Part shown: positions 57,001-64,000 of the stretch, piece after piece
Numbering within the stretch: position 1 is the first letter of the stretch
How the letters are laid out: the number at the start of each line of letters is the position of its first letter
DNA from: Chloroflexota bacterium
Lineage (GTDB): Bacteria; Chloroflexota; Limnocylindria; Limnocylindrales; CSP1-4
NCBI GenBank assembly: GCA_016191395.1
Contig: JACPOS010000025.1
Span: 81,158 to 145,157, forward strand
Direction of reading: 5' to 3'
Length of the DNA: 64,000 bases
Made by a program: the position numbers and the translations under genes
The notes under the pieces: generated by a model
What the model was told of the DNA's origin: nothing
Database searches by the model: none
Seen by the model: only the letters and a program-made list of their open reading frames with translations

Positions 57001-60000
57001 CACTGAGCACGAGGGTGCCCGGTCCGAACTTCTCGATGTCGACGATCCCGTCGGCGACCCTGTGCGCAACGTTGAACTGCAGCGGGGCCCAGCCGTTGGT
57101 CGCACTGCCGCGGAGCGGCGTCAGGACGACCTGCGCAGGGGTTGTTGCGTTGTGGATGAGCACGTCGATCGCCCCCACCCGCACGGTCATGTCCGAGTAG
57201 TCGAGGATCGTGACCGAGCCGATGGAGTCGCGCCACTCGAAGGTCGGCCACGGCCGATTGCTCACGGCATTGCAGTTGTCGACGTCGTTGCGGATGCAGT
57301 CGCGGCCGTCCATCACGATGTCCGCGTAGCCGCTGGCGGCGATCGGCGCGACCGTGTAGCCGCCACTCACCGGCACGATGCACCAGGGGACGTAGCTGCC
57401 CGGCGTCGCGGGGCAGCCACCCTCGGGTCCAGCGATCGGGGCGAACGTGCCGCGGGCATCGGTGACGCTCACGCCGGTCGCGGCAGCGACGGTGCCGTCC
57501 GCCCGGACGACGAGCGTCACGTCGCCCGCTGACCCGCCGAGGATGACGACGTCCGCGTCCCAGCGGATCGGGCCGTTGATCGCGCCCGGGTACGGCTCGG
57601 AGTCGGGATTGTCATTGAAGCCGCAACCGCCGCCGTTCTCGCAGTGGTGGTCGATGTAGTTGTACGGGAGGGAGGTCGCGTGCTGCGGCCACTCGACCTT
57701 CAGGACATCCGTCTTCACGTTCAGCGCGACCTGCAGGTCCGCGCGCGGGTTCATGAGGCCGCCACCGCCCGCCGGGCGCTGCCCCGCCGTCACGAGCACC
57801 CCGTCCATCGCGACCACCTGGTCGAGCGTGTCGTCGGTGCCCTCGGCCCATGCGTCCTGAGCGCAGAGGCAGACGCCCTGGCGGAACGCGTAGCGGTCGA
57901 TCTTGACGGCGTCGGTAAGGGCGATCAGGTCCACGCCCTGCCACCCGGTGATCGTCGTCCGCGTGCCGGGCGCCGGCGGCACGCCGTCCAGGTTGACGCC
58001 AAGCTCGACGGAGGTCGTCAGGTACGCGTCCACGAACGCTCGCGCCGTGAGCCCGCCGGCGACGGCGATCGACTCGGCCCAGGCTCGCGACGACGCATCG
58101 ACCGACTTGAGCTCGGCCTTCAGCGACACCGCCCGGCCGACCAGCGATGCCCCTTCGCCCACGAACACCGAAGTGGTGGCACGATCGCTGCTGCTGCCGA
58201 TCGTCGTGCCGCGGGGGTCGTTGTGGTTGTTGGCGTCTGCCCCGACGCCGCCACCGTTGGAGTACGCCTGCGAGTTCGATGCCCCCCAGATCGTGAGCGT
58301 GACGAGGGCGGAGACGAGATTGCCGGCAACGATCGAGCTGCCCTCGCCGAACACCGCCGTCGTGTCGGGATCGAGGCTGACCATCGTCTCCGCAACCTTC
58401 GCCGCGGCGATACCGCCGCCTTCGGCGAGCGCGCTGGACCTGACGGTGTGGTTGGCGGTAGCGGTCACGGTCATGTCGCCGCCGGCCCGGACCTGCGTCC
58501 CGGCACCGACGCCAGCCGTGGTGATTGCATCGCCCGCGTTCGTCTCCGAGTGGACGACCGCGACGTCGAACACCCCACCGCTGCCGTTGTTGGTGTTGCT
58601 GAACAGGTTCGTCATTTCGTCCCCGGAAACCGCGACATCGCCGAGGGCATCGACCGCGGCGGCACCGATCGTGGCGAGCACCGTGGTCGAGCCGAACAGC
58701 TTCGCGGTGGGCACGCTGACATCGATCACGCCGAACGAGTCGCCGCGCGCGTCGGCCACGGACTGCCCATCACCGGCCGAGGCACTGCCATTCACCTGCA
58801 GGTACATGCCCGATGGCGAGATCGTCCCCGTCAGGGCGCCGAAGGTGAGGTTCGCGTACAGCGCCTGGGTACCCGAGCTCGCGCTGAGGTCGACCGTCAC
58901 GAGGCCGAACGTATGGCCTGCACCCCGGCCGGCCGCCGTGAGCGCGAGGGCCGGACCGGCCGGCGTCAGGCCGACGCCGATCGTGCCCTGGCCACTGTTC
59001 CGGTTGACGACGTAGTAGGTGTAGCCATCGATCAAGGCGCCACCGCCCACGATCCCCAGGGCACGCTCAAGGGTGTGCCCGTCGTCCGGCAGGCTGTTCG
59101 CCGCTGCGGTCATCGAGACGAGGATCCGGTGGGCGCTCTGGCAGGCGGCAACGTCCACGCCCGCGTCAGAGCACGTGAGCAGGCCGACCCAGCTTGAGAC
59201 CCAGCCGGCGGACTTGAACACCATGTACGTCGCGCCGTCGTCGAGGCCCTGGATCGCCACGCCGTTCCGGACGTGGTAGGTGACGAGCTCGCCGGTCGAG
59301 AAGGTGTTGCCCGGCAGGATGAGGTGGTCGACCGAGCTCGGGTAGACGATCGAGAATGGCGTGATGACGATCGTTCCGCCGAGCGCCCCGATCGTGGCGA
59401 ACCGGGAGACCGCCGAGGCGTGGTAGGTGATCGCCTGCCCGACGACGAAGGTCGACGGGAGCGGCGACACGGCCACGGCCGCTCCGTTGATGGAGGTGAC
59501 CAGCGCGGGTGCCGGCGGCGCGAACGGGTCGTCGGTGACGAGGCGGATGGTCAGGGTGTCGATTACGACGACCCGGTACCCGCCGCACGTCGCAGTTGCC
59601 CCGCCGGCGGCGATGATCGGGCTGCTCGACCGAGCGTCGTACATGACGCAGTCGCCGGTGAGGAAGCCGTGCGGCGTCGAGAACCTGATGAGCTCCCGGT
59701 TCGGGTCAACAAGTGACGCATCGAACAGCGAGCCGAGCCGGATGACGCCCTGCGTCAGGGTGTCGAGCACCGTGTACTCGTTCCCCGTGTGCAGCCCGCC
59801 GATCTGGAAGAGGCACAGTCCGCCGACCGTCGAGACGGTCGGGCAGTACGTCACCGATGCGCCCTCGGCGGGGATGCCGGTAGCGAACGTCAGCGTGTCG
59901 CTGTCCAGGTTGAATGACTGGATGAAGCCGGGGCTGCTCGACGTTGGCGCAGTCTGGAGCGTGGCATCGACCGTGATGGAACCCGTGGCGAAGATGCGGG

Positions 60001-63000
60001 TCCCGAGGGACGCCAAGGTGCCGATGTACGCCTCGACGAACGGCACGATCGTCGCGATCGCCTCGGGGATGCCGACCTGCAGCGCGCCCGCACCGTACGC
60101 CGTCGCGGTGGCGTCGGCCTCCGCCCGGCCCGTCGCCCTGACCGATACGTCGCCCGTGACGCGGTGCGCCTTGCTGCCGATGTTCACGCCGTCGCCGATC
60201 GCCGCACCGATCGTGGGGATGGAGGTCGCAAAGGCCTGGGAGCCGCCGATCGAGATGACCCCGGCGCTTCCGAGCGTGATCTTCGCGGACGCGACGGCGG
60301 TGGTCATCTCACTGGTGACGCTCACCGACGAGGCGCTCTCGATCGTCGTCGCGTCCCCGATCGTCGCCCAGGTCGAGCCGGTCAGCGACGCAGCGCCCAC
60401 GAGCCAGGCGATCGCGACGCCGCCACCCGACCCGCCGCCGCTGTCGCTCCCGCTCCCATCGCCCTTCGACAGGTTCGCGATCGCCTGCTGCGAGGACGAG
60501 GCGGCGATGGAGATGCTGCCGGTCACGACGAGCGATGCACCGCCGCCGCTCGGACCACCGGCGATCGTGGCCAGCGTGTCGGAATCCACGATTGCGTCGG
60601 CACGGCCACCGGCGCCCGTGAACAGCCCCACGCCGACCGCGAGCAGCGAGCTCGTCGCCACGTCGTTGGCGCTGGCTTCGATGTCAAGCCGTCCGACCTC
60701 GAAGCGCGAGCCGGCGGAGATCCAGGCGCGGGTCCCCGCCACGGCGCCGGACGGCGCCCTGAGGATGGCCACGCCGTTCGCGTCGCCGGGCGCCGTCGGG
60801 TTGCCGGCCGCAGGCGTGAAGGACAGGCTCGTCGCGCTCACCGCGGTGACCTGCCCGGTGTAGGTGCGGGGCGTGCTGCCCACGAACACCCGAATGACGA
60901 CGGTGTCGCCGACTTGGAACGCGCCCAGGTTCCCGTCGGCAGCTTGGATCGAGACCGAGCCGCTGCTGATCGTGGCGTCGCCGTAGTAGACGAGCTCCTG
61001 GCCGATCAGCGCCTGCGACAGGAACCCGGCGACCGCGACGGCACCGCCGGCGCCACCGCGCGCGTCGGCCGTCGACCGGGTCTTCTCGAGCGCGCTGACG
61101 AGGAGCCGCCCGGCGGACGAGATGAACGTCCCGCTCCCGATGAAGCTCTCCACGGAGCCGGTCACCTGGGCGGACGCGCGCGCGCCCGTGCCCGCGAGGG
61201 CCGCCACCGCCGCCGCGGTCGCAGTGGCCGTGGCCGTCCTCGTCGTGCAGCCGCCGTCCGTCGCCGGATCGTTGCACGCGGCGGTATGGGTCCAGACCGT
61301 GACCGACGACCCGGTCACCGTGGTCGAGTTGCCGACATAGGCGCGGATCGACCCGCCGACGCTCGCCTTGTCTTCCAGTGCGCCAATTGCGAGCCCAGAG
61401 CCGCCCGTGGCGAGGGTTGCAGTCGCGGTGGCCGTCTCGGTGCCGAGTGCACGTACCTCGACGGGACCGCTCGAGGTGATGAAGGTTCGCCCCACCGCGG
61501 ACGATCCGCGCGTCGCGCCGACGATGGCCTCGGTGTCCGCATCCGCTGCCGCGGTGGCACCCGCCCCGGTGCCGCCCGCGAACTGCAGCCCGATCACGAC
61601 CACGCCTACGTCCACGCTGGACGTGTCGCTCGCCAGGACCTGCAGCGAGGCGACGTCGACGCTCGCCCGCTGGCCGACGCTCGCGCGGGTCCGGCCGGCC
61701 ACCGTGGCCTTGAGGTAGGCAGCGCCGATCCCATAGAACCCAGTGGAACCGACGTCGACGTGCACGCTCGCGGTGCGCGTCGACGTGGCGGAGACCTTCG
61801 TGGCGCCCGCGCGCACGGCGGCGTCGGCGGCGATCTCGGCGACGACCGCGTCCGTGCCCGCTGCGCCGACCGTTACGATCGTGACACCACTTTGGCCTGC
61901 CGCGAGGCCCCCGCCGAGCGCGATGCTCATCGGTTTGCCCGGATCGTGCGGGCCTACGGTCACGGTGTCGTCGGCGGTGACATTCAGCGCGCCGGTTCGC
62001 GCGCCAGACCCGATGATCGAGTGCTCTCCGACGCGCGCGACCGTGCTCCCGCCGACCGTCACGATGGCGATTGCGGCGCCGATCGCCGCGGCGGAAGAGA
62101 TCCCTGCCTCACCGGTTGCGAGGTGGATCGTCGTTATCCGCATCGCCGAGATGGTGACGACGTCGGCCGTGGAGATCGTCGCGCCGATGATCGCGAGGTC
62201 GCCGACGTTGGCGCGCACGTCGCTCGTGTCGGTGACGACGGCGACGGCACCACCGATCGCCCAGATCCCTGACGCGGCGCCGGCGACGGCGAGCGCGTGC
62301 ACGTCGGCGCTCTGGCCCGCGGCGATGGTCACGTCACCACCAGCGTTGACGGTCGCGCCCGAGGCGAGGAACGCGCGGACGGACTCCTCGATCGTGTCCA
62401 CGAGGATCGCCGCGCCGACACCCGCTCCCCCGCCGACGCCGACCGAGCGGGCCACGTCAGCCAGGACGATCCGGGCCGACGCCGTGACATCGACGTTCCG
62501 GCCCGCGTCCGCAACCCCGCCGGACCCGATGAATGCCGTCGTCCCGCTCGGGATGACGCCGCCGGGCGACGGGACCGCCGAGCCGAGCGCCGAGCCGGAG
62601 ACCGCGCTCGACGCGCCGTTGACCTGCGTGACGACCGTCGGGCTGTTCGACGCGCCAAGTCCGCTGAGAACCCCCGTGACCGCACTCCCGGCACCGCCAC
62701 CCGCGGCGCTGTTCGCCGCGCCGGTGATCGAGGTGCCGTCGCTCCGCGTGCAGTCGCTGTTCAGGGTCGTGGGGAGCGTCAGCGAGCTGCCGGCGGCGCC
62801 GCTGCAGCCGCCGGGGTAGGTGTCCACGAGGTCTCCGCCGAGCGCGTGGATCGCGATGGACCCGGCGAGGCCGATGCCGCCCGCCGCGCCGACGACCACG
62901 TCCACGTCAAGGTCGCGGTTTGCCACGGCCCGGATCGCGACGTCGCGCCGGGCGTGCACGCCACCGAGGACGTCGGCCGTGGTGTCGTTGCGGATCACGC

Positions 63001-64000
63001 CCACGTCCACGGAGATACCAGCGCCCACGCCCCCGATGCCGAACCCGCCGGTGACCGTCTTCATCCTGACGCTGTCGACCGCGACGACGTGCACGTCCTG
63101 GCGGCTGTCCGCATTAACGTCCGGCGTGGAGGCGTTCACGACCGCGCCGACGCCGACCTCGGCTCGCGTGTTGGCGTCGAGCACCTCGACGCTGACCGCC
63201 CCCGCCGCTCCGAAGAACGTGCCACCCGCGACGCCGATGGTGACGGTCAGGAGCTGCTCGGAAGACGCGGCCTGGACGAGGACACCTCGCGGATCCGTGG
63301 TCGCGACATTGAACGAGCCATCGCTCGGATCGATCGTGCCGTCGAACGGCTGGAGCGCCGTCGCGGAGTTGCCCGCGGCATCCACCTGGGCCATGCCCTC
63401 GATCGTCGCGCGGGTGTCCTTGACGATCGAGACGACCGCGACACCGGCGCCCACGCCGCCGGTGAAGATCCCGACGCCCCCGGCCACCGCGGCGGCGGTG
63501 ATCTCGGTCAGGTCGGTCGCGGTGATCGAGGTGTTGCCGCCGGACCGCGTCCGCGACCGGCCACCGATCAGCGCATGCGTGAGCGCATTGATGGCGAGCA
63601 CGAGGACCGCGCCGCCGATCGCGACCTCGCCCGAACCTGCCGCACCAACCGCGACAAAGAGGATGTGCTGCCGAGCGACCGCGTGGACGCCGATATTGCC
63701 TCGCGCGTCAACGTGCGCGTCGCGGCCGATCAGCGCCTCCACCTCGGTCCTGGCTGCGAGGACGCCGACCGCGGGCAGCACCGCGGCCGTCCCGGACGCC
63801 CCGGCCGCCCCGGCAATCCCGAGCAGCGTCAGGTCGTTGCCCGCCCCGACGAGGACCTCCTGCCCGGCACCCGCGCCCGCCATCTGGTTGATCTCCGTGG
63901 CGCGGCCGATGTAGGCGGAGGTCCCGTCCATGAGGACGTGGACGACCCCCGAAACCTCGACGCTGGCGGTCGCGGAGCCGGCGACGCCGACACCGAACAG
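48089..64000 (-). CDS. Giant repeat-rich surface/adhesin-like protein, more than 5,300 aa within the window; 5' end lies beyond the right edge
   Basis: A single uninterrupted frame of 5280 aa from the first Met at 63931. The frame stays open to 64000 (hand translation LFGVGVAGSATASVEVSGVVHVL-MDG...). Mosaic domain content is listed in the sub-features below. The C-terminal hydrophobic anchor has a basic cluster. Confidence 0.85.
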   Translation of the reverse strand: MFGVGVAGSATASVEVSGVVHVLMDGTSAYIGRATEINQMAGAGAGQEVLVGAGNDLTLLGIAGAAGASGTAAVLPAVGVLAARTEVEALIGRDAHVDARGNIGVHAVARQHILFVAVGAAGSGEVAIGGAVLVLAINALTHALIGGRSRTRSGGNTSITATDLTEITAAAVAGGVGIFTGGVGAGVAVVSIVKDTRATIEGMAQVDAAGNSATALQPFDGTIDPSDGSFNVATTDPRGVLVQAASSEQLLTVTIGVAGGTFFGAAGAVSVEVLDANTRAEVGVGAVVNASTPDVNADSRQDVHVVAVDSVRMKTVTGGFGIGGVGAGISVDVGVIRNDTTADVLGGVHARRDVAIRAVANRDLDVDVVVGAAGGIGLAGSIAIHALGGDLVDTYPGGCSGAAGSSLTLPTTLNSDCTRSDGTSITGAANSAAGGGAGSAVTGVLSGLGASNSPTVVTQVNGASSAVSGSALGSAVPSPGGVIPSGTTAFIGSGGVADAGRNVDVTASARIVLADVARSVGVGGGAGVGAAILVDTIEESVRAFLASGATVNAGGDVTIAAGQSADVHALAVAGAASGIWAIGGAVAVVTDTSDVRANVGDLAIIGATISTADVVTISAMRITTIHLATGEAGISSAAAIGAAIAIVTVGGSTVARVGEHSIIGSGARTGALNVTADDTVTVGPHDPGKPMSIALGGGLAAGQSGVTIVTVGAAGTDAVVAEIAADAAVRAGATKVSATSTRTASVHVDVGSTGFYGIGAAYLKATVAGRTRASVGQRASVDVASLQVLASDTSSVDVGVVVIGLQFAGGTGAGATAAADADTEAIVGATRGSSAVGRTFITSSGPVEVRALGTETATATATLATGGSGLAIGALEDKASVGGSIRAYVGNSTTVTGSSVTVWTHTAACNDPATDGGCTTRTATATATAAAVAALAGTGARASAQVTGSVESFIGSGTFISSAGRLLVSALEKTRSTADARGGAGGAVAVAGFLSQALIGQELVYYGDATISSGSVSIQAADGNLGAFQVGDTVVIRVFVGSTPRTYTGQVTAVSATSLSFTPAAGNPTAPGDANGVAILRAPSGAVAGTRAWISAGSRFEVGRLDIEASANDVATSSLLAVGVGLFTGAGGRADAIVDSDTLATIAGGPSGGGASLVVTGSISIAASSSQQAIANLSKGDGSGSDSGGGSGGGVAIAWLVGAASLTGSTWATIGDATTIESASSVSVTSEMTTAVASAKITLGSAGVISIGGSQAFATSIPTIGAAIGDGVNIGSKAHRVTGDVSVRATGRAEADATATAYGAGALQVGIPEAIATIVPFVEAYIGTLASLGTRIFATGSITVDATLQTAPTSSSPGFIQSFNLDSDTLTFATGIPAEGASVTYCPTVSTVGGLCLFQIGGLHTGNEYTVLDTLTQGVIRLGSLFDASLVDPNRELIRFSTPHGFLTGDCVMYDARSSSPIIAAGGATATCGGYRVVVIDTLTIRLVTDDPFAPPAPALVTSINGAAVAVSPLPSTFVVGQAITYHASAVSRFATIGALGGTIVITPFSIVYPSSVDHLILPGNTFSTGELVTYHVRNGVAIQGLDDGATYMVFKSAGWVSSWVGLLTCSDAGVDVAACQSAHRILVSMTAAANSLPDDGHTLERALGIVGGGALIDGYTYYVVNRNSGQGTIGVGLTPAGPALALTAAGRGAGHTFGLVTVDLSASSGTQALYANLTFGALTGTISPSGMYLQVNGSASAGDGQSVADARGDSFGVIDVSVPTAKLFGSTTVLATIGAAAVDALGDVAVSGDEMTNLFSNTNNGSGGVFDVAVVHSETNAGDAITTAGVGAGTQVRAGGDMTVTATANHTVRSSALAEGGGIAAAKVAETMVSLDPDTTAVFGEGSSIVAGNLVSALVTLTIWGASNSQAYSNGGGVGADANNHNDPRGTTIGSSSDRATTSVFVGEGASLVGRAVSLKAELKSVDASSRAWAESIAVAGGLTARAFVDAYLTTSVELGVNLDGVPPAPGTRTTITGWQGVDLIALTDAVKIDRYAFRQGVCLCAQDAWAEGTDDTLDQVVAMDGVLVTAGQRPAGGGGLMNPRADLQVALNVKTDVLKVEWPQHATSLPYNYIDHHCENGGGCGFNDNPDSEPYPGAINGPIRWDADVVILGGSAGDVTLVVRADGTVAAATGVSVTDARGTFAPIAGPEGGCPATPGSYVPWCIVPVSGGYTVAPIAASGYADIVMDGRDCIRNDVDNCNAVSNRPWPTFEWRDSIGSVTILDYSDMTVRVGAIDVLIHNATTPAQVVLTPLRGSATNGWAPLQFNVAHRVADGIVDIEKFGPGTLVLSGRITNPIGLTRVVNMLGSILGATGVAIESNLVDLYAPNGSIDEANGRLVLELIRYEIRPRVGSTATGIAEPRLAAEAGTGIRLSIRAHDRVPGSSTSPLTVRIDRLFATNGPVDVELRTSLRGTGIAGSSVVQVQIPNANGGGDLFWSTPKPVYRHFRPDDITAPLPGLDPGAFSTDGGPITTNFHLDGSDPLDRTLEAFGGTGLDHFAPVIVIVSGRYALFGTCAPAPCDETAGVGGAGISLRDTLSLTGEGGVSATPTSVDGSLNLVDVLLPNWLDVDVDGSIDLNETAGNLRVGLVQTRGNVVTLTTVAGSILDGDPADHVAVEDPADVVGLFIILHAFGGGVGSPDDFLEIDVTSPFGYVDATADTGGVYLTETVGDLRIDSIGSGEHGADVPTDISLTTRGGSIVDGRAFHPILPFIFGESIDLAAIGGGIGSGSAPILLRTSANSPGSGRLYATARDSIYIAQLDNELRLLAARSNTGSVLIVVGGLGSRAPPYDLFIVAPTAGAGAAAAAPDFRTALVQQGNPQAVVPSTTLGPGDQLAGVWAALDIDLYMQLGIDAPAGTEIVAGRFVRIHGLANGASTMTFGGVIGGEFIYCCDGPAPVVSTSIGLTVTGVVNNATPVIGAPQTFTYTVRNTGDIPIANVTLHDDFLPTAMGSGILRSGDTDGDHLLDPGEVWTFEVNRFASTGPFLITATVSGTVAGQPINASTSVAYTGGPIVAHDVKVAKVYTSTGIAPYTGLAADTVPVGPVLRVGDTVTWFFVVAFAGDWTRITVTDPGVAGVNVTLVSGDTNHNGDPDDGTFWVYRATATVLAGEHCTDVTISVGVRLDPGGNLTDSASNPGCYTGVADPPTHQPTAAIGVLERVDGVEAHTAGTALTRIFGAPIEFTYWVSNPGDFDISGLTVVDDRGTPADITDDVTPAYVSGDVNGDGILQPSEVWVFQASAKAPAGSVCATVTVAGMTSQGPVTGSDAACTTTSGPQHTKLIEVFGGTGDDQVTFDQTFLRAKTRVYGSASVTTGGGSDGSDSFTVNQLQTMDVAAGHTLTLDGQQGSDLYQVLTTGSQGDRRNYVVNVLDSGTSGLDFLLVAGTDASNDYFLLRKTTSIRDLKPDQWPDAVRAWLAITSTDSAFIALLHDDLADAIASDPNFDPSVRPQFVQRVNYDAGIDDAGTGLFVYGNGGNDTFAVDGTSAPVYIDGGAGNDFFQFGQVYGSKRDALEGPDHGSLEPEDLFPIVATVRGWLSEGPTNPLHALGGEGDDTFQVYANHAPLLLDGGAGSNVFTTRTFLRARTTAACAINLYDPACELWWLDQAARIVAPLLPTAWVESLPATVVNASTSGATFALWLALLLPGERNEPLTDPGATPPPTPPIGITKSVAPSATGPWTSSLTAYEGTTAWYRIVVTNTGLSELTGVTLTDVAGGLAVDLAGAGCTIPSTLAAGASFTCIYAVVVGRGTITNVATAAADQATPVTDSARLTGLRPVILAITKTVRTVGGDQTTDLVVDAGTPVIYRIVVTNTGDLTATGVTLLDSRTDLAAGCTIPDTLAAGASIVCEYGATAALGLVENTATADSAEHGPVSATARVTGLPIVSPPPPGQLSVTKGVRASPADPYTSSVSVLAGSLVDFAITVTNTGGVTLTGITLVDDHADLSACVIPPSLAPGASFTCTYSAIATLGSTTNTATADAAESVPDTDTAIVVGLPIPTGIDVDKKVSTSAFGPWTATLDTVAGTSVWWRIRVVNTGPGTLTGVTLADSLTNLVSAGCVIPTTLAAGEAFECFYQGISIDGTLTNTATASADGVTPDKSTAQVTGSLRYAMTIEKVVGTDPAGPWQGAVSVPIGTMVWFRIVVANTGNAPLSGVTLTDDRLDLAGAGCAIPTTLAVGATYTCLYPEIAGEGTFANTATADSAETVPVHGTAWVTGVRPVGGPLVITKQVSTSQVGPWAGTVTVAPGTTVWFRITLTNGSSETSLTGVTLTDNRTDLVAAGCTIPTTLAPGETFTCIYGDVAQVGTRTNTATGSSNETGPVSASATVIAPPSPVVDLRIDKVVATAEDGPWSDLVTVVTGATVWYRVTVTNLGPDALTGLTVSDSMTDLVAANCKFPTSLAAGASATCVYPLTAVDGTTVNTATASGDGTGPVSDSATVVASGGGSAIGIVKEVRVPGGTYGKSVTVAIGATVEYRITVTNTGTGDLTGISLVDSLADLSLIGAGCTIPATLAEGASFTCTYTTTAAAGATVNTATADAAEAGPVSSSATVIGLPAALAISKTVVDPATGGDVETVTVLAGTQLTFHIVVTNIGLVTITGLSLLDTRIDLGTTNCVIPASLAPGASFTCTYTWDAALGTSVNTATADATETDPVSDSVTVVGLKRNPVLEITKQVALLGGSWTTYLETYDGAVIQYRITLHNPGNVTLTGITLADDRTDLVAAGCDVPTTLAVGATYTCIYSGFASHGTTVNTATGSSTETGARWASAVVVAFSNPQITITKLVSSSAAGPFFAEIWASFGTLAHYEITVTNTGNVPLSGVTLVDTRSDLAGCSIPPSLAVGASFTCTYTTFLPAASVTIVNTATADSTQTEPVSASAIVHVLWQDVFDLIAGRLQITKVVTGGSFSGGTFDFYVSCLDRTVSITIPNGAASGAVLLPDKILGGTSCTVTELGTDAWAGTTYQPSDIGGASSTVQITGQAVADVTVTNVIGSETGQLRITKNIVGSLEGGTFEFTVSCLDRTVSITIPSGSTSGSVSLPDRIPSGTSCTITELGTDAWQGTAYDPADEGGTSSTVVIGSDSIADVTVTNTRSLLSGRLRITKFVLVGALFPGGTFAFEVSCLGRTVYLTIAKGQSSGTLLLPDQIPAGTSCTVTEIGLSGPLPFKWFWSGTHYTPSDPGGKSSTVVIPGGGIAEVLVTNDIDTATIDTDEGADHGPVEVPSPILPLLLGLLGGLAILLEPERRRRASRRHLLARDESSGVS
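48161..48220 (-). other. C-terminal tripartite motif of the giant protein: VPSP, 16-aa hydrophobic helix, then (after EPE) RRRR; resembles PEP-CTERM or other sortase-type signals
   Basis: ...GPVEVPSPILPLLLGLLGGLAILLEPERRRRASRRHLLARDESSGVS-stop. Coordinates were checked against the DNA (CCG TCA CCG at 48217-48209). Confidence 0.5.
48272..49198 (-). repeat. Three tandem ~100-106-aa modules (G[RQ]L[QR]ITK...F.F.VSCL.RTV...GTSCT[VI]TE...TVTN), prealbumin/DUF5979-like
   Basis: Hand alignment of three consecutive units. Each has two conserved Cys about 31 residues apart. Units 1 and 2 share identical stretches (VSCLDRTVSITIP, TELGTDAW). Boundary checked at the GGA codon 49198-49196. Confidence 0.7.
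49199..52882 (-). repeat. Eleven tandem ~109-116-aa DUF11-like (conserved repeat domain) modules
   Basis: Every unit follows x-[IV]-x-K-x-V...G-x-x-V-x-[YFW]-x-I-x-V-x-N-x-G...L-T-G-[VIL]-x-L-x-D...C-x-[IVF]-P-x-[ST]-L-A-x-G-x-x-x-x-C-x-Y...NTATA. Start checked at the ATC codon 52882-52880 (IGITK). Confidence 0.75.
52883..54037 (-). other. Region of the giant protein with about five GGxGxD-type (calcium-binding-like) motifs
   Basis: FGGTGDDQVTF, YGNGGNDTFAV, DGGAGNDFFQF, LGGEGDDTFQV and DGGAGSNVFT. They are irregularly spaced, not a canonical RTX nonapeptide array. Ends with a Pro-rich linker, PGATPPPTPP. Confidence 0.5.
54038..55174 (-). other. Three Ig-like modules carrying SGD-x-(D/N)-x-(D/G)-... 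[PE]-x-E-V-W-x-F motifs
   Basis: RSGDTDGDHLLDPGEVWTFEV, VSGDTNHNGDPDDGTFWVYRA and VSGDVNGDGILQPSEVWVFQA, each embedded in a ~120-aa beta-rich segment with DUF11-like TYTV.N.G.. strands. Confidence 0.5.
59942..64000 (-). other. Gly/Ala/Thr/Val-rich degenerate-repeat region (at least 1,350 aa) resembling filamentous hemagglutinin/LktA-type beta-helix repeats
   Basis: Recurrent ...AGGxGxGAAxxVxxxxxxxxAxIG... periodicity (for example GGVGAGVAVVSIVKDTRATI, GGVGAGISVDVGVIRNDTTADV, GGAGVGAAILVDTIEESVRAFL). The assignment is by pattern only. Confidence 0.45.

Overview
This is a very GC-rich window (about 70% or more by eye, not computed). Almost every gene is packed co-directionally on the minus strand, often with ATGA, GTGA or TGATG start/stop overlaps. 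All domain and family names below come from reading motifs in the supplied translations. No database search was run.

Gene content from left to right:
- The 5' end of nadE, coupled to a separate C-N hydrolase gene.
- A five-gene peptide/nickel-type ABC transporter.
- A NUDIX-gcvT-gcvH-gcvPA-gcvPB glycine cleavage operon.
- A DUF2520 Rossmann-fold protein, and aconitase (plus strand).
- Two gene remnants next to tRNA-Val(CAC).
- A long division/cell-wall (dcw) cluster running mraZ-rsmH-(small ORF)-ftsL-ftsI-murF-mraY-murD-ftsW-murG-murB-ddl-ftsQ-sbp-ftsA-ftsZ-yggS-yggT-DUF167.
- A LysM protein, two small Cys/His proteins, and RNase P RNA.
- murT-gatD (lipid II amidation).
- An icd-sdh(anchor)-sdhA-sdhB-rnhA cluster.
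- An LLM oxidoreductase and sucCD (plus strand).

The main anomaly is the last ~16 kb (48089-64000, minus strand). It is a single uninterrupted ORF of more than 5,300 codons that is still open at the window edge. It encodes a mosaic giant surface-type protein built from these parts:
- A Gly/Ala/Thr/Val-rich filament region.
- A long, cysteine-punctuated central region.
- Ig-like modules.
- GGxGxD-type motifs.
- 11 tandem DUF11-like modules with an invariant C-x13-C pair.
- Three further ~100-aa repeats.
- A PEP-CTERM-like tail (VPSP, hydrophobic helix, RRRR).

Secondary points of interest:
- A well-defined mraZ promoter and leader. It has TTGACG-N16-TAGAAT, three AGTGG(G/T)G boxes at 10-bp phasing and a 13-bp perfect hairpin.
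- A 64-codon ORF with a strong Shine-Dalgarno site between rsmH and ftsL.
- A 37-bp perfect direct repeat behind ftsZ.
- A coding-like, in-frame continuation after the TGA stop of the DUF2520 gene.

Many long ORFs in the track are antisense or alternative-frame shadows typical of high-GC DNA and were rejected.
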